Assembly (NCBI RefSeq): GCF_006345805.1
Contig: NW_021829139.1
Coordinates: forward strand, 1 to 6,970
Origin: Octopus sinensis
Taxonomy: Eukaryota
Reading direction: 5' to 3'
DNA: 6,970 nucleotides
Made by a program: the position numbers and the translations under genes
Notes under the pieces: model-generated
Seen by the model: the letters and a program-made list of their open reading frames with translations, nothing else
Told to the model about the DNA's origin: nothing
The model's database searches: none
Shown here: piece after piece, positions 6,451 to 6,970 of the stretch
How positions within the stretch are numbered: the stretch's first letter is position 1
Layout of the letters: each line of letters begins with the position of its first letter

Positions 6451-6870
6451 TCCTCCTCCTCCTCTTCTTCTTCTCCCCCTTGCTCTCCTCCTCCATCCCT
6501 TCTTCTTTCCCCCACCTCCTCTTCTTCTTCCCTTCTTCTTCTTCTTCTTCTTCTTCTCCTCCTCCTTCCCCTCGCTCTCCTCCTTCTCCCCATCCTCCCC
6601 TCCACCTCCCCCCTTCTTCCCTTTCTTCTCAATGTTGTTGTTTGTTGTTGTTGTTGTTCTTGTTCTTCTACTGCCCCTCTTCTCCTCGCTCTCCTCCTTC
6701 TCCCCATCATCCTCTCCACCTCCTCCCCTTCTTCTCATTCTTATTCTTCTCAATGTTGTTGTTGTTGTTGTTGTTCTTCTTCTTCTTCTTCTTCTCCTCC
6801 TTCTCCTTCTCCTCCTTCTCCTTCTTCTTCTTCTTCTTCTTCTTCTTCTTCTTCTTCTTCTTCTTCTTCT
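6451..6870 (+). repeat. Compound (CCT)n/(CTT)n/(GTT)n trinucleotide repeat with a duplicated ~115-120 bp higher-order unit
   Basis: About 420 bp pyrimidine-dominated tract. CCTCGCTCTCCTCCTTCTCCCCATC occurs at 6570 and 6684; TTCTTCTCAATGTTGTTGTT occurs at 6623 and 6744. Confidence 0.95.
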
Positions 6871-6970
6871 ATTCTGCCAGCTATGCTTTTTTTTCTAATG
6901 CATTGTGGGTGTGTGTGTGTGTCTTTTTACTTTTGCTCTTTGCAAAGTCAAAAGAAATCTTATACAGCAC

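Noticed and set aside
6352-6898. Poly-E/R/G/L ORFs of 88-133 aa
   Set aside because: Trinucleotide-repeat artefacts with no splice or homology support.

Overview
Eukaryotic, AT-rich, repeat-dense and essentially non-coding DNA. The SINE families look like those I recall from Octopus (coleoid cephalopod) genomes; this is inference from memory and needs BLAST/Dfam confirmation. Content: four + strand copies of one bipartite tRNA-derived SINE family carrying an internal microsatellite, four other retroposon pieces (three more tRNA-SINE types plus a possible RTE-tailed SINE), and a possible LINE 3' end. There are also two non-autonomous hAT/Charlie-type DNA transposons (one with a perfect 8-bp TSD and a recognisable transposase C-terminal remnant missed by the ORF track), an orphan hAT end, and many microsatellites. 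The listed ORFs are by-products of repeats or AT-rich DNA, except possibly 6041..6250 (-) and part of 4821..5009 (-). Two small unique islands (about 46-120 and 4919-5086) carry splice-like signals and may be short exons of a host gene whose intron spans most of the window; strand and identity are unresolved. I see no well-supported new biological system. The best leads are the decayed Charlie-like transposase, the dimeric hAT MITE, strong copy-specific CpG decay in the SINEs, the tandem splice-donor cluster and an unexplained stop-free island at about 6095-6290.
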